57,998 nucleotides of DNA from a virus. Lineage: Duplodnaviria; Caudoviricetes. This document shows, one piece after another, positions 37,568 through 46,776 of the stretch. The notes beneath the pieces are model-generated. The model was not told the DNA's origin, did not search any database, and saw only the letters and a list, made by a program, of their open reading frames with translations. The number at the start of each line of letters is the position of its first letter. The first letter of the stretch is position 1. Position numbers and translations under genes: made by a program. The stretch covers positions 1-57,998 of IMG/VR virus record IMGVR_UViG_3300033076_000962; one strand, written 5' to 3'.

Positions 37568-39393
37568 TGTCCAAACCTCTCATAATCCCAATCAGTTGTG
37601 CATACTCTAAATGCTTCTACTTTATTACAAGGAGGCAATGTGTTTCCTTTATTTGCCTCCTCCTTCAGTAAATTAGCAGTAATAACAAACTCATCTAACT
37701 GCCAAGATTCTGCTTGAATTTCCATTCTTAACTGTACTCTTTTTACAACTCCATATAAGTTATTGTTTACTGGATTAGAACTATTAGCTAAATTGGGAGC
37801 ATTAATAGTTAGCTCATTAATAGCAACTGGAGTTCTCTGGCATACTTCCCCATCAGGAAACCTAGTATATCCATTTAAAACTTGCATCTCATAGCTGCCC
37901 CAATCAATAAAATTAGGCGCATCAGATGGCTTGTACTTAATATCAAATTTAAAATCTCCTAAGATGTCAGAGAAGTTTGATTCTACTCTTAGAAGGTTCT
38001 TATCTTCAAAGATATTTTTAGTAAAATAATCCCTAGTGTATATGATGCTTCTAATATTTCTTCTTTGCCCTCCATCTGTTCTGTCTACAGATTGAGTAGG
38101 TACTACCTCATACAACTCGTTGATATTGCCATCTTTGGACATAACAAACATGCGATTGTTATTTACAATCATTGCCATGGGACGAACACCTGTCCATAAT
38201 CCATCCCAAGCCGGGGGTACATCTGCCATTCCTCTAGATACGTTAGCCATATCTAGCACAGCAAATCCAGAATGGCATACATCTAGTATAGGAGTTCCAT
38301 CCATTCTTAGAGCTTTTGTATAGGTAGGTCTTATAGTCCAGAATATCTTATTGTTGAAATACGCGAGTCTTGAAAATGCTACTAATGCAGGATCATAATA
38401 TTGTACCCAATTCTCTACTGGCAATGACAGAGGAGTTCTAGCCCACTTCTTCTGCTCGTCTCTAGCTGCTGATAAGCCTCTAAGAGTTCCATCTTTAGCT
38501 ACAAAAAATAAGTCTGAATTGACATTTACTTGTGCAAGTTGATCTACAATTCCAGCGTTGTAGGATAAGCACGTTCCAAACTGATTTAAGTTAATCCATT
38601 CTGATCTCGGTTGGGTAGTGTCATACGTAAATATCTGTTCTTGAGTAGCTACAATAGCAGACCCGATACCTGTAGAAGTATCTACTGACTGCAACGTAGT
38701 TAGTGCTGAAATAGGATCATCATATTCAGAAGGGGCTTTGTATACCTCACCGGCGTATGGCCCTCCAGCCATGATCTCATTAACTGTTATAGGAGCTAAC
38801 GGCGCAGTTAAAGAACCAGCAGGATCTCCTGCTGTAAATTCATTTAATCCGTTGGAGAACACAGCACGATTCTGATTGTAAGTAACTAAGTTAAGAACTG
38901 GAAGTTCATTTAGGTCTACATCAGATCGTCTAGCTACTCCATTTTCTATAATTATAGGTCTATTCGGGAAGTCTGCTATTACTATGTATTTAGCGCATAC
39001 TCCCCAATAAACACGCTTCTGTGTCGGGTTGACTTGAGTATCTGCATTTAAGGTTATCAATTTAACAGAAAAATCCTTCTGATTAAGAAGATATATCAAC
39101 CCATTTACTACTATTAATTGATAATAGTTCTGCCCTATTCTATAGGGGATTAATGCTTGAAATAGCCCAGTCTTAAAATTTGTTTGAAAGTCTATTTGCT
39201 TATTAAACTCGTAAGAATACTTACCTGGTTTAATCTTTAGAGCTTTTCTAACAAATGCGTATCTAGGTCTTAATACTCCCTTAGATGTAGATACATTAAT
39301 ACCAGCGACAAACTTATTAGGTTCCAACCTAGCAGATGGTAATGAAACATCTTGACCTCCATCAAATGAAACCTGTCCGTCTGAGTCTATCAT
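37564..39393 (-). CDS. Tail nozzle/stabilisation (tubular protein B-like) protein
   Basis: ~610-aa beta-rich protein; N-terminal SFDGGQD; position; start MIDSDG. Confidence 0.65.
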   Translation of the reverse strand: MIDSDGQVSFDGGQDVSLPSARLEPNKFVAGINVSTSKGVLRPRYAFVRKALKIKPGKYSYEFNKQIDFQTNFKTGLFQALIPYRIGQNYYQLIVVNGLIYLLNQKDFSVKLITLNADTQVNPTQKRVYWGVCAKYIVIADFPNRPIIIENGVARRSDVDLNELPVLNLVTYNQNRAVFSNGLNEFTAGDPAGSLTAPLAPITVNEIMAGGPYAGEVYKAPSEYDDPISALTTLQSVDTSTGIGSAIVATQEQIFTYDTTQPRSEWINLNQFGTCLSYNAGIVDQLAQVNVNSDLFFVAKDGTLRGLSAARDEQKKWARTPLSLPVENWVQYYDPALVAFSRLAYFNNKIFWTIRPTYTKALRMDGTPILDVCHSGFAVLDMANVSRGMADVPPAWDGLWTGVRPMAMIVNNNRMFVMSKDGNINELYEVVPTQSVDRTDGGQRRNIRSIIYTRDYFTKNIFEDKNLLRVESNFSDILGDFKFDIKYKPSDAPNFIDWGSYEMQVLNGYTRFPDGEVCQRTPVAINELTINAPNLANSSNPVNNNLYGVVKRVQLRMEIQAESWQLDEFVITANLLKEEANKGNTLPPCNKVEAFRVCTTDWDYERFGQ

Positions 39394-39404
39394 ACCTATA
39401 CCTT

Positions 39405-41102
39405 CTATAGAGCTATAGGATAACAAAATGTTATATAGCACCCTTTAGTCCCAGAATTAGTCCAAGTACTACTAGAAAGTTGATTAGGATAAACAGTTAG
39501 CGTTTGAGTAAACCCTAATAGCCCTTTTCCTATTTTATCCAGAGCTACTCCGTTATCTACTACCTCGTATACTTGAGACACTACTCTATTATACCCATTG
39601 TAGATACTCTGCTGTATTGGAACAACACAGGCTAAACTAGTAGCATTACTAATTCCACTTAACCGAATGAACCCCTTTATCTCATCTCCTTCTACCCAAT
39701 ACTTAGCTTCTTCTGTACTTAAAGATGAAAAACCGGAGGGATTGGAATCAAAGTTAAAATAATGAGGAAAGTCTTCAGGGTTCCCAATTCCTAAATAAAT
39801 ATCGGTGACTGCTCCGCTAACTAATGTAAAGTCAAGATTATCAATTAAAGAAACATAAGTAATACCTGCTGAATAGTAATAGTTATCCCCAACGTGAGCG
39901 TACTTAACAGTTCCATCATTTATGAACTTTAATTTCTGTCCAGTATAAAAGTATTTGGAATAATCTCCTGCTATTTCTATGTAAGGACTATCCCAATCTC
40001 CATCTACCCCAAAAGGTACCCACCCTAGCTTTAAGTATTCAGTAATAGCCTCTGTAGCTATGATGTGACATACACTAGTATTTATCGGAATAGTAAATGT
40101 ACTCCCTGGATTCCCAATAGTACATTCAATATCCAAACTAACTGCATCTGGAATTGCTGTAATTTCCCACCTAAAATCAGAAGAATTGCTTATCTGTATT
40201 ATCTGTCCTACAGAAAAAATAGAAGAATCATTCACGTCAATAGTATATGCAGATGTACTAGAAACTACATTTACTGCTGATGTTAAATAAGTACACTCTC
40301 TAACTTCAGTATCTAAAAATCCAAACTCTACTTCACTAGAAGAAGCATCTACTACAATTGGCACTTCTCCTTCATAATTAGCTTCTAAAATATTTTCCGA
40401 TACCCCATCACATCCTAATAACCTAACAGTTGTTGTCACTACACCAGAAGTACATGCAGAGACAGCAGCTTGTGTTATAAGGTACTGATAATCTCCATTT
40501 ACATCCTTAGCTGCTACTGTAGCTCCTGGAGCACCTCCTGCTCCTTGGTTAGTAACGATAATCTCAAGAGCTGAACTAACTGTATCTAATAAATAAGTAT
40601 GTGTTCCTATTCTAACTATAGTACCTTCAATCAACCCATACGTACTGGTAACAGTAAGCGTTACCTGATCGCCTACTCCTGGTATCTGATAATCTTCTGC
40701 CAAGAAAGGGAACAAACTAAAGAAATCCTGTTCCTCACAGCAAGGCTTAGATGTAACTACCCATAAATTATTTGCAGACACTACGGTACCTGGAATAGCA
40801 GCACCGGCTATATCGTCATTAAGCAGCCCCAATGTAAGATTGCACGAATCCCAATGAGCAATTTTCAAATACCCGTAAGCTGGATTCCAAAGGTATGAAC
40901 CAACTACTAAGTTGACTAACTCAGGAACAGTAACAGCTACGTCTGATTCAAGTGCAGGAATTACAAATTCCTCTTTTACCCTAACACCTGCTGCGTACTG
41001 CGTATCCCTGAAGATAGACGCATGGTCTTGGGTAAGGCTATTCTTATCATTGGTATAATAGGGCTTAGGAGGAGTTCCGCAAGTTCCACACTTTCTGCTC
41101 AT
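39405..41102 (-). CDS. Tail fibre/spike-like virion protein
   Basis: Repeated beta domain; N-terminal CGTC. Confidence 0.6.
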   Translation of the reverse strand: MSRKCGTCGTPPKPYYTNDKNSLTQDHASIFRDTQYAAGVRVKEEFVIPALESDVAVTVPELVNLVVGSYLWNPAYGYLKIAHWDSCNLTLGLLNDDIAGAAIPGTVVSANNLWVVTSKPCCEEQDFFSLFPFLAEDYQIPGVGDQVTLTVTSTYGLIEGTIVRIGTHTYLLDTVSSALEIIVTNQGAGGAPGATVAAKDVNGDYQYLITQAAVSACTSGVVTTTVRLLGCDGVSENILEANYEGEVPIVVDASSSEVEFGFLDTEVRECTYLTSAVNVVSSTSAYTIDVNDSSIFSVGQIIQISNSSDFRWEITAIPDAVSLDIECTIGNPGSTFTIPINTSVCHIIATEAITEYLKLGWVPFGVDGDWDSPYIEIAGDYSKYFYTGQKLKFINDGTVKYAHVGDNYYYSAGITYVSLIDNLDFTLVSGAVTDIYLGIGNPEDFPHYFNFDSNPSGFSSLSTEEAKYWVEGDEIKGFIRLSGISNATSLACVVPIQQSIYNGYNRVVSQVYEVVDNGVALDKIGKGLLGFTQTLTVYPNQLSSSTWTNSGTKGCYITFCYPIAL

Positions 41103-42406
41103 AGCTTAATCATCCAATTCATAGTTAAGAACGCGGGATTATTTGAACCACTGGTCATTGCAGCGTTACCATCTACACCTCCTGTAACCAGTCCCACTCT
41201 ACCTGCAATATTTCCACTAGCATGAGTATGTGTAGCTGACTGAATACTTATTCCAGTAGTAGCTGAGTTGATAGCGTTGTTAGCTGTCTGACTTGCGCCT
41301 TGATAAGCATTGGCAGACCCCGCTACGTTACATGCACTAGCATTAGCAAACGTATGGGTGTGCCCTGGGTCTGTTACTGAGTGAACATGCGAACCTGATG
41401 CAGTAATATTTAAGTCAGCTCCGGTTCCCATCCCGTGATAGTGAGCAGGAACAGAATGGGTATGGTCTAACGCTCCTCCTGTTCCTCCTAACGTACTGCC
41501 AGTACCGGCTGATGCTTTTCCTAATGGAAACCTGCCTTGCAAATCAGGTAGGGTAATAGTCTTATTAGCAGCAAAATCCGCTGCTGCTGAAGCTCCTCTA
41601 CCAGAGGAAACAGGAGCTTCCGAATTTGCTAAATTGTTCCACAGGTAAGCAAATAGTGCGGAAGTATCCGCATTGGCTCTAACAGTAGCGCCAGAAGATG
41701 CACTACCTATTGTACCTCCTTTTAGGAATACCCATCCACTATCTGCTGAAGTAGCAAACGTACCTACAATAGAACCTGTAGGACATCCTCCGTTAGCTGA
41801 AGGGAGTTGCCCTGTAACTCCGTTAGCTAAATTAACCTGATCCCATTGAGGGTTATTATCAGTTCCGGTGTTAGCTAGGTACCTAGTAGCAGACGTACTT
41901 TTAGGAAGTTTGGCTACTATGTTAGTTTCAGATCCATACAGAATATCTCCTTGGTCTATAGAGTCTAACCCAGTTCCTCCATGCTCTACTCCTAGCACCC
42001 CGATAATATCACTAGCATAAACAATGTAACTGTCAGGGATAACCAAAAACTTACTACACCCAGGAATTAAAGTACCTACTGTAGTAGTGTCTCCAGCAAC
42101 TCTAGTGACTTTTATGAATCCTCCATCTGGATCATAAGAAACTACTTCATACGCTCCGTAGTCTACATTCCAGATTCTAACTCCTAGCATAATGTCTGAT
42201 AAAGCAGACACTCGTAGAGTTACTATTTCTCCATAATCAGGAACAGCCCATTCAGTAGCCACTCTCAATACAGGAGAATAAGAATGAAATATCTGAACCC
42301 CTTGAGTCTGGCTCTGCTGAAAGCATGGATCTTCGTAGTAAGGGGCAGGTATTGTGTTACATTCACAAGACCTACGATTACATGAATTACACGCCATACT
42401 CACCAC
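41099..42406 (-). CDS. Tail fibre protein with tail-collar-like domain
   Basis: PTGSIV..., LFAYL, ITLPDLQGRFPLG, HTH repeats, NNPAFLTMNWMIKL. Confidence 0.8.
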   Translation of the reverse strand: MVSMACNSCNRRSCECNTIPAPYYEDPCFQQSQTQGVQIFHSYSPVLRVATEWAVPDYGEIVTLRVSALSDIMLGVRIWNVDYGAYEVVSYDPDGGFIKVTRVAGDTTTVGTLIPGCSKFLVIPDSYIVYASDIIGVLGVEHGGTGLDSIDQGDILYGSETNIVAKLPKSTSATRYLANTGTDNNPQWDQVNLANGVTGQLPSANGGCPTGSIVGTFATSADSGWVFLKGGTIGSASSGATVRANADTSALFAYLWNNLANSEAPVSSGRGASAAADFAANKTITLPDLQGRFPLGKASAGTGSTLGGTGGALDHTHSVPAHYHGMGTGADLNITASGSHVHSVTDPGHTHTFANASACNVAGSANAYQGASQTANNAINSATTGISIQSATHTHASGNIAGRVGLVTGGVDGNAAMTSGSNNPAFLTMNWMIKL

Positions 42407-43148
42407 TCACTTTAATTATTAAATCTGTACCATTAGTGAACGCTGTTCCTGACCCTGGCCCAATAATTAATAAATAATCCTTCTTATATGCTACTAAAGG
42501 AGAAGGTACATCAGCATCTATAAGTACCGCACTAAATACCGCTTCTGGCGTCAATTCAGCATTAGGCAAAGTAACCGAAATAAATTCAGGAGTATTAGCG
42601 ATCTCACAAGTTATCTCTAAATTAAATTGAATTTTATTTGGCCCTAAATATCCATAAGTAAACTCGGTAACAGGGTCTACTACTGAATCAGCTATCTCTG
42701 CAAACGCTGCATCCAGTCCTGCAACTTCTGTAGGCTCATACGCTAACTCTACGATCCCTGGGTAAAAGATAGGATATTGATAGCACCCGTAAGTAGCATT
42801 AATAGCTGTAAAGTTAGCCCCAGGAGTAGCTGTCCCGTTATGCGCTATCTTAATTGTAGTCGTATTCTCAATCTCAGTTACCTGAAAATACGAGTCGCCA
42901 ATCTGAATACCTTGCCCTACATACAGCCTAGCAGAATTGGATACCTTAATCTGAACCTGAGTATTGGCATCCAATACAATAAAATTTGAAGTAAGGAATG
43001 TTATCGGCTCTTTACAGAACTTAACTCCTGTAGAACTAGACCCACAACAAGAAGAAACTGATTGCTGTAACACTGTTTTACGTCCACAACAGCAGTCACA
43101 AGAACTACAATTACACGAATTACACCAACCTGAATTATAGCCCATCAT
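42387..43148 (-). CDS. Cys-rich virion protein sharing the beta domain with its neighbours
   Basis: CNSCNCSSCDCCCG N-terminus. Confidence 0.65.
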   Translation of the reverse strand: MMGYNSGWCNSCNCSSCDCCCGRKTVLQQSVSSCCGSSSTGVKFCKEPITFLTSNFIVLDANTQVQIKVSNSARLYVGQGIQIGDSYFQVTEIENTTTIKIAHNGTATPGANFTAINATYGCYQYPIFYPGIVELAYEPTEVAGLDAAFAEIADSVVDPVTEFTYGYLGPNKIQFNLEITCEIANTPEFISVTLPNAELTPEAVFSAVLIDADVPSPLVAYKKDYLLIIGPGSGTAFTNGTDLIIKVSGEYGV

Positions 43149-43717
43149 ACTTCCACCAATGTATAGGTAAACTTGTTATTGTTGTGAGTGCTCGCTAACT
43201 TGACATGGTACATGAAATCGTTGAAGTCGTCAGCATACTTTATCACTTGACAACCGGCTGAATCTGGCCCCACAAACTTAGCACCAAACGAAGCTCTGTG
43301 GATGTTTATTCCGAATAACCCTGTCTCTTTCTTGCTAGGATCGAGAGTAAATTGGTCGTCTAAATTTGAATCCCTATACACAGTAACAGGTGCCACTTGT
43401 ACCAATGCATCGTACTTTCCTCTGTGCTTACCTATCGCATAGGTATCTATATACTGACCTGGTTTTAAGATTGCTGTGCCTTTAGGATTAGGAGGTTTTA
43501 ATAGACTAGGCAGCCCTGGGTAAGTAGTTGCAGCGTACATCTTATGCTGCCACTTACCTTCTTCAATGTAATACAAATTTATAGAGTCGTCATAGTGATT
43601 GACTCTACTATTGCGACTCCTAACCCCCACTATATTAGGAGTGCAGTACCCTTCATCATATATTAAGTACCCTAGGCTACTTGCCAGACTTAGATACTCT
43701 TCTATTAACAGCAACAT
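43145..43717 (-). CDS. Endolysin candidate, L,D-transpeptidase-like fold
   Basis: NIVGVR, ATTYPG, YRDSNLD, GINIH-x11-SAGCQV. Confidence 0.7.
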   Translation of the reverse strand: MLLLIEEYLSLASSLGYLIYDEGYCTPNIVGVRSRNSRVNHYDDSINLYYIEEGKWQHKMYAATTYPGLPSLLKPPNPKGTAILKPGQYIDTYAIGKHRGKYDALVQVAPVTVYRDSNLDDQFTLDPSKKETGLFGINIHRASFGAKFVGPDSAGCQVIKYADDFNDFMYHVKLASTHNNNKFTYTLVEV

Positions 43718-43862
43718 CTGGAGTTCCTTTTTGCTGGCTACCGTTCATTTCATTAACAATAGCTTGTTTAATATTGTTCAACTTAGCTTGGATAATCTCA
43801 AATTGAATTAACAAACTTCCATACTGCTGATGTAATTTATCTAAATTATTTTTATCACTCAT
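43677..43862 (-). CDS. Small coiled-coil protein
   Basis: ATGA-coupled. Confidence 0.6.
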   Translation of the reverse strand: MSDKNNLDKLHQQYGSLLIQFEIIQAKLNNIKQAIVNEMNGSQQKGTPDVAVNRRVSKSGK

Positions 43863-44170
43863 ATCTTATCCTGCTCCAATACCGGCGTGTTTCCTGCGTA
43901 TTCAGGCAACTCTGCAATTTTTAAGTATACTGCCTCTTTTATATTTTTTTTACTAGATATAATACTAGCGCCTGATTCCCCCTGCATTTCTATAAACTGC
44001 TCATCAAGTACAGTAGGGTTAGCTTCTTTTGACTGCGCTCGTGATTTATACGCTTTGATTCTTACGTATACTTCTCCCGTATCCTCATTAATTGATAGGA
44101 AGGATACCTTGTGATACGCACTAGCTACGTCGATCCCTATTTTTGTTTTGATATCTCTTAAAAAGCCCAT
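43859..44170 (-). CDS. Possible tail fibre assembly protein
   Basis: Directly downstream of the fibre gene; AYHKV..., AVYLKIAELPEY. Confidence 0.55.
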   Translation of the reverse strand: MGFLRDIKTKIGIDVASAYHKVSFLSINEDTGEVYVRIKAYKSRAQSKEANPTVLDEQFIEMQGESGASIISSKKNIKEAVYLKIAELPEYAGNTPVLEQDKI

Positions 44171-44171
44171 A

Positions 44172-45914
44172 TTACGCCAATATCCCTATATTCCTTAACG
44201 CCTTTACCACTTGTCCTATCGTATACCCGTCGAAAGTTGCAGAGTCGTTAGCAATTAACGAGGTGTTAGCTACAAACGTAGCTGCCGCTACTGCTGTGGT
44301 CGGCTGAACTATTGGGGTTGCGTTCCATAATCCAATTTTCTGAGTTGTTGCTGTGCCGATCTTAGTCCCTGTCGTCGTGTTAAATACTAAGTTTTTCCCA
44401 TCAGCGATCTCTACGGTATCGCCAAATCGATTGGGGCCAGCGTTGGTGTAGATCGCGTAGTTCGTTGTGCCGCCCGTAACGTCGGGCATATATAGCCCAT
44501 AATTGATAGCACCAGCACCATTCCAGGTTCCAGTCGAGACTAAATATAGCCCGTATTTGTTCTTATTTGCGGTTGACGATGTGGATTGATTATCTAGATA
44601 TGTGCCGTAATTGTGATCGGTCTTAGACCCCGTGTGTACCATGTACAAGCCACGTGTGCCGTGCCATGCCCAAATGTGGACAGGATATAATGGATCGACC
44701 AATCCCATCCCCACACGCCACGCACCGCTCGTGCCGTTAAAAGTAAGACCCCCTTGGCCGTTAGCAACTAGCGAAAGCCTATCCCCACCCGTTTCATCGT
44801 AGATCCCTGTGTTAGTATCGCTAGAAAAGTGCAGTCCAGGAGACCCTCCCGAACCGGCGGGTACTCCTATAGTTCCCGTTCCTGTAATATACCCAAGTAC
44901 ACTCCCTGCTGAACTCTCCCACGTTGCAATATTTGCTGACTGTGTGCTGTGGGCTTGTAGTCGTAACTGTATTTCATCTGAGGAACCATCAATAAACACC
45001 TGTCGAGTTCCTGTAACTGCTCCTGTACCAGCAACAGATAAAACAACTGATCCTGCTGACGTTTCCCAAGTCTGTAAATTTGAAGATTGGGTACTATGCC
45101 CCTGTACTCTTAGTTGTATCTGGTTAGATGCTCCATCAATAAATAACTGACCGGTCATTGTGTCACCGGCTATCTGAACGAATACATCACCTAATGACAA
45201 TTGCTGCCCTACAAGTGAAAGAGCTGATGCTGTATTAGTGCCGATTGTGACTAGATCTTGGTGAGCAGTCGGATTGGCAACATGAGCCGATATATCTACA
45301 CCGTCCACTGTTTCACCAGCGGTCATTACGATGTTACCGCCATTCATTGTCAAATTGCCGGTCATTGTGTCACCGGCTATCTGAACGAATACATCTGCCA
45401 AAGATAGTTCTTGATTATTTAATGAAAGAGCTGAAGCAGTATTTGTTCCTATTGTGACTAGATCTTGGTGTGCTGTTGGATCAGCAACGTGAGCCGATAT
45501 ATCCACACCGTCCACTGTCTCACCGGCGGTCATTACGATGTTACCGCCATCCATAGTAAGATCGCCGGTCATAGTGTCTCCGACTTTCTTTACATAGGTA
45601 TCTCCTAAGTTATCTATAGCTTGCTGTATATCTTCAGCAAGAGTAACGATACTCTCCAAGAGTTGACACAGCAGCCTGACTACCGCTGCTCTATATTCTT
45701 GTTCAGAGCACACAACAGAAGAAACGTCGGCGCACTGCTGGCACCCAATAGTAAAAACTCCAGACTGCACAACCGGTAGGCCCCCAAGCAATGCTTGAGC
45801 TTCAGCGTTTACTATTTCTAATAGTTCACAAAGAAGTTTAATTACTGCTGATCTATAAGAATGATCAGAGCACACCACAGACGGTATATTGTTGCACTTA
45901 CTGCGTCCATTCAC
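44172..45914 (-). CDS. Tail fibre protein with internal 69-aa repeats
   Basis: GDTMTG motifs; 207-bp DNA repeats. Confidence 0.8.
   Translation of the reverse strand: MNGRSKCNNIPSVVCSDHSYRSAVIKLLCELLEIVNAEAQALLGGLPVVQSGVFTIGCQQCADVSSVVCSEQEYRAAVVRLLCQLLESIVTLAEDIQQAIDNLGDTYVKKVGDTMTGDLTMDGGNIVMTAGETVDGVDISAHVADPTAHQDLVTIGTNTASALSLNNQELSLADVFVQIAGDTMTGNLTMNGGNIVMTAGETVDGVDISAHVANPTAHQDLVTIGTNTASALSLVGQQLSLGDVFVQIAGDTMTGQLFIDGASNQIQLRVQGHSTQSSNLQTWETSAGSVVLSVAGTGAVTGTRQVFIDGSSDEIQLRLQAHSTQSANIATWESSAGSVLGYITGTGTIGVPAGSGGSPGLHFSSDTNTGIYDETGGDRLSLVANGQGGLTFNGTSGAWRVGMGLVDPLYPVHIWAWHGTRGLYMVHTGSKTDHNYGTYLDNQSTSSTANKNKYGLYLVSTGTWNGAGAINYGLYMPDVTGGTTNYAIYTNAGPNRFGDTVEIADGKNLVFNTTTGTKIGTATTQKIGLWNATPIVQPTTAVAAATFVANTSLIANDSATFDGYTIGQVVKALRNIGILA
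45151..45584. repeat. 207-bp imperfect tandem repeat in the fibre gene (2 full + 1 partial)
   Basis: CCGGTCAT(T/A)GTGTC starts at 45151, 45358, 45565. Confidence 0.9.
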
Positions 45915-46363
45915 TAATAACTTCCCTGTATGTATAGCACTCCAGAAGTTGCACTATCCCCTGATGCTCTACGTATCTTAAAATCGGAAGGGTCATTTAA
46001 AATCACATTGCCTAATGACATCAGGCCGGTGTCACTTGCGGCAGGAACGCTAAGAAACGTATTATTTCCTCCATCTAAAGAAAGCTCTATTAAAGCATCG
46101 GAAGTGTTATATACCCTTAACTTTCTTAACTTATTTTGACCAGACATAAATAGAGGATCAGCATACGCAGCATAAGTTGATTGAAGTACTGCATGTCCAA
46201 TTGCTATTTCAGGTAATACTGTTACAGGTGCTCCTACAGCAGTATTTATTTGGCAAAGGGCCTGTGCTACCAACATCCTCCATGTTTCTTGCATGGAATT
46301 GTTGCCAACATACCCATTCATTACACATGGGTCATTACACAAGTTGCACTGGTCAATTGCCAT
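45914..46363 (-). CDS. Virion protein with Cys-rich N-terminus
   Basis: MAIDQCNLCNDPC; beta-rich C-terminus. Confidence 0.7.
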   Translation of the reverse strand: MAIDQCNLCNDPCVMNGYVGNNSMQETWRMLVAQALCQINTAVGAPVTVLPEIAIGHAVLQSTYAAYADPLFMSGQNKLRKLRVYNTSDALIELSLDGGNNTFLSVPAASDTGLMSLGNVILNDPSDFKIRRASGDSATSGVLYIQGSY

Positions 46364-46369
46364 AAATCA

Positions 46370-46711
46370 CTAATTCAAAATAGCCCAACCTACGTTTCTA
46401 GCATCTGACCCGTTAGAAGAACGAATTACAAAGCTAGTACCTGCTGTAATTGTAATATCCAAAGTACCGGCGTTAGTGTTTCCTCTAGGAGAGAGGGCAA
46501 TAACACTGGTAGCTGATACTTCACTTGTCGTCACCGTTACAGTACCAGATGCCAATGTAGCTACTCCTCTAGTAGCAGCACCGCTGGTAGTTAGCAGCTT
46601 AGGCACTCCAAAGATTGCAAGAAACTTATTGAACAATCTTTTAAACGCACCGTTGCCTTCTAAATCGTCAAAGGGAGCTTCACCGTCAAATTGTAATACT
46701 GGATCTGTCAT
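46370..46711 (-). CDS. Virion decoration-like protein
   Basis: GVATLASGTVTV...FVIRSSNGSDA..VGWAI; after the MCP. Confidence 0.65.
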   Translation of the reverse strand: MTDPVLQFDGEAPFDDLEGNGAFKRLFNKFLAIFGVPKLLTTSGAATRGVATLASGTVTVTTSEVSATSVIALSPRGNTNAGTLDITITAGTSFVIRSSNGSDARNVGWAILN

Positions 46712-46733
46712 GGCCTTACCTCAAACATAAATT

Positions 46734-46765
46734 AAAAATAGCAGGGGGATTTTACTCCCCCTGCT
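46734..46765 (-). terminator. Rho-independent terminator after the MCP
   Basis: AGCAGGGGGA/TCCCCCTGCT stem followed on the - strand by ATTTTT. Confidence 0.8.
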
Positions 46766-46776
46766 GATTCTTTACA

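Noticed and set aside
45151-45584. Diversity-generating retroelement TR/VR pair
   Set aside because: No reverse transcriptase; repeats are in-frame tandem units and differences are not adenine-specific
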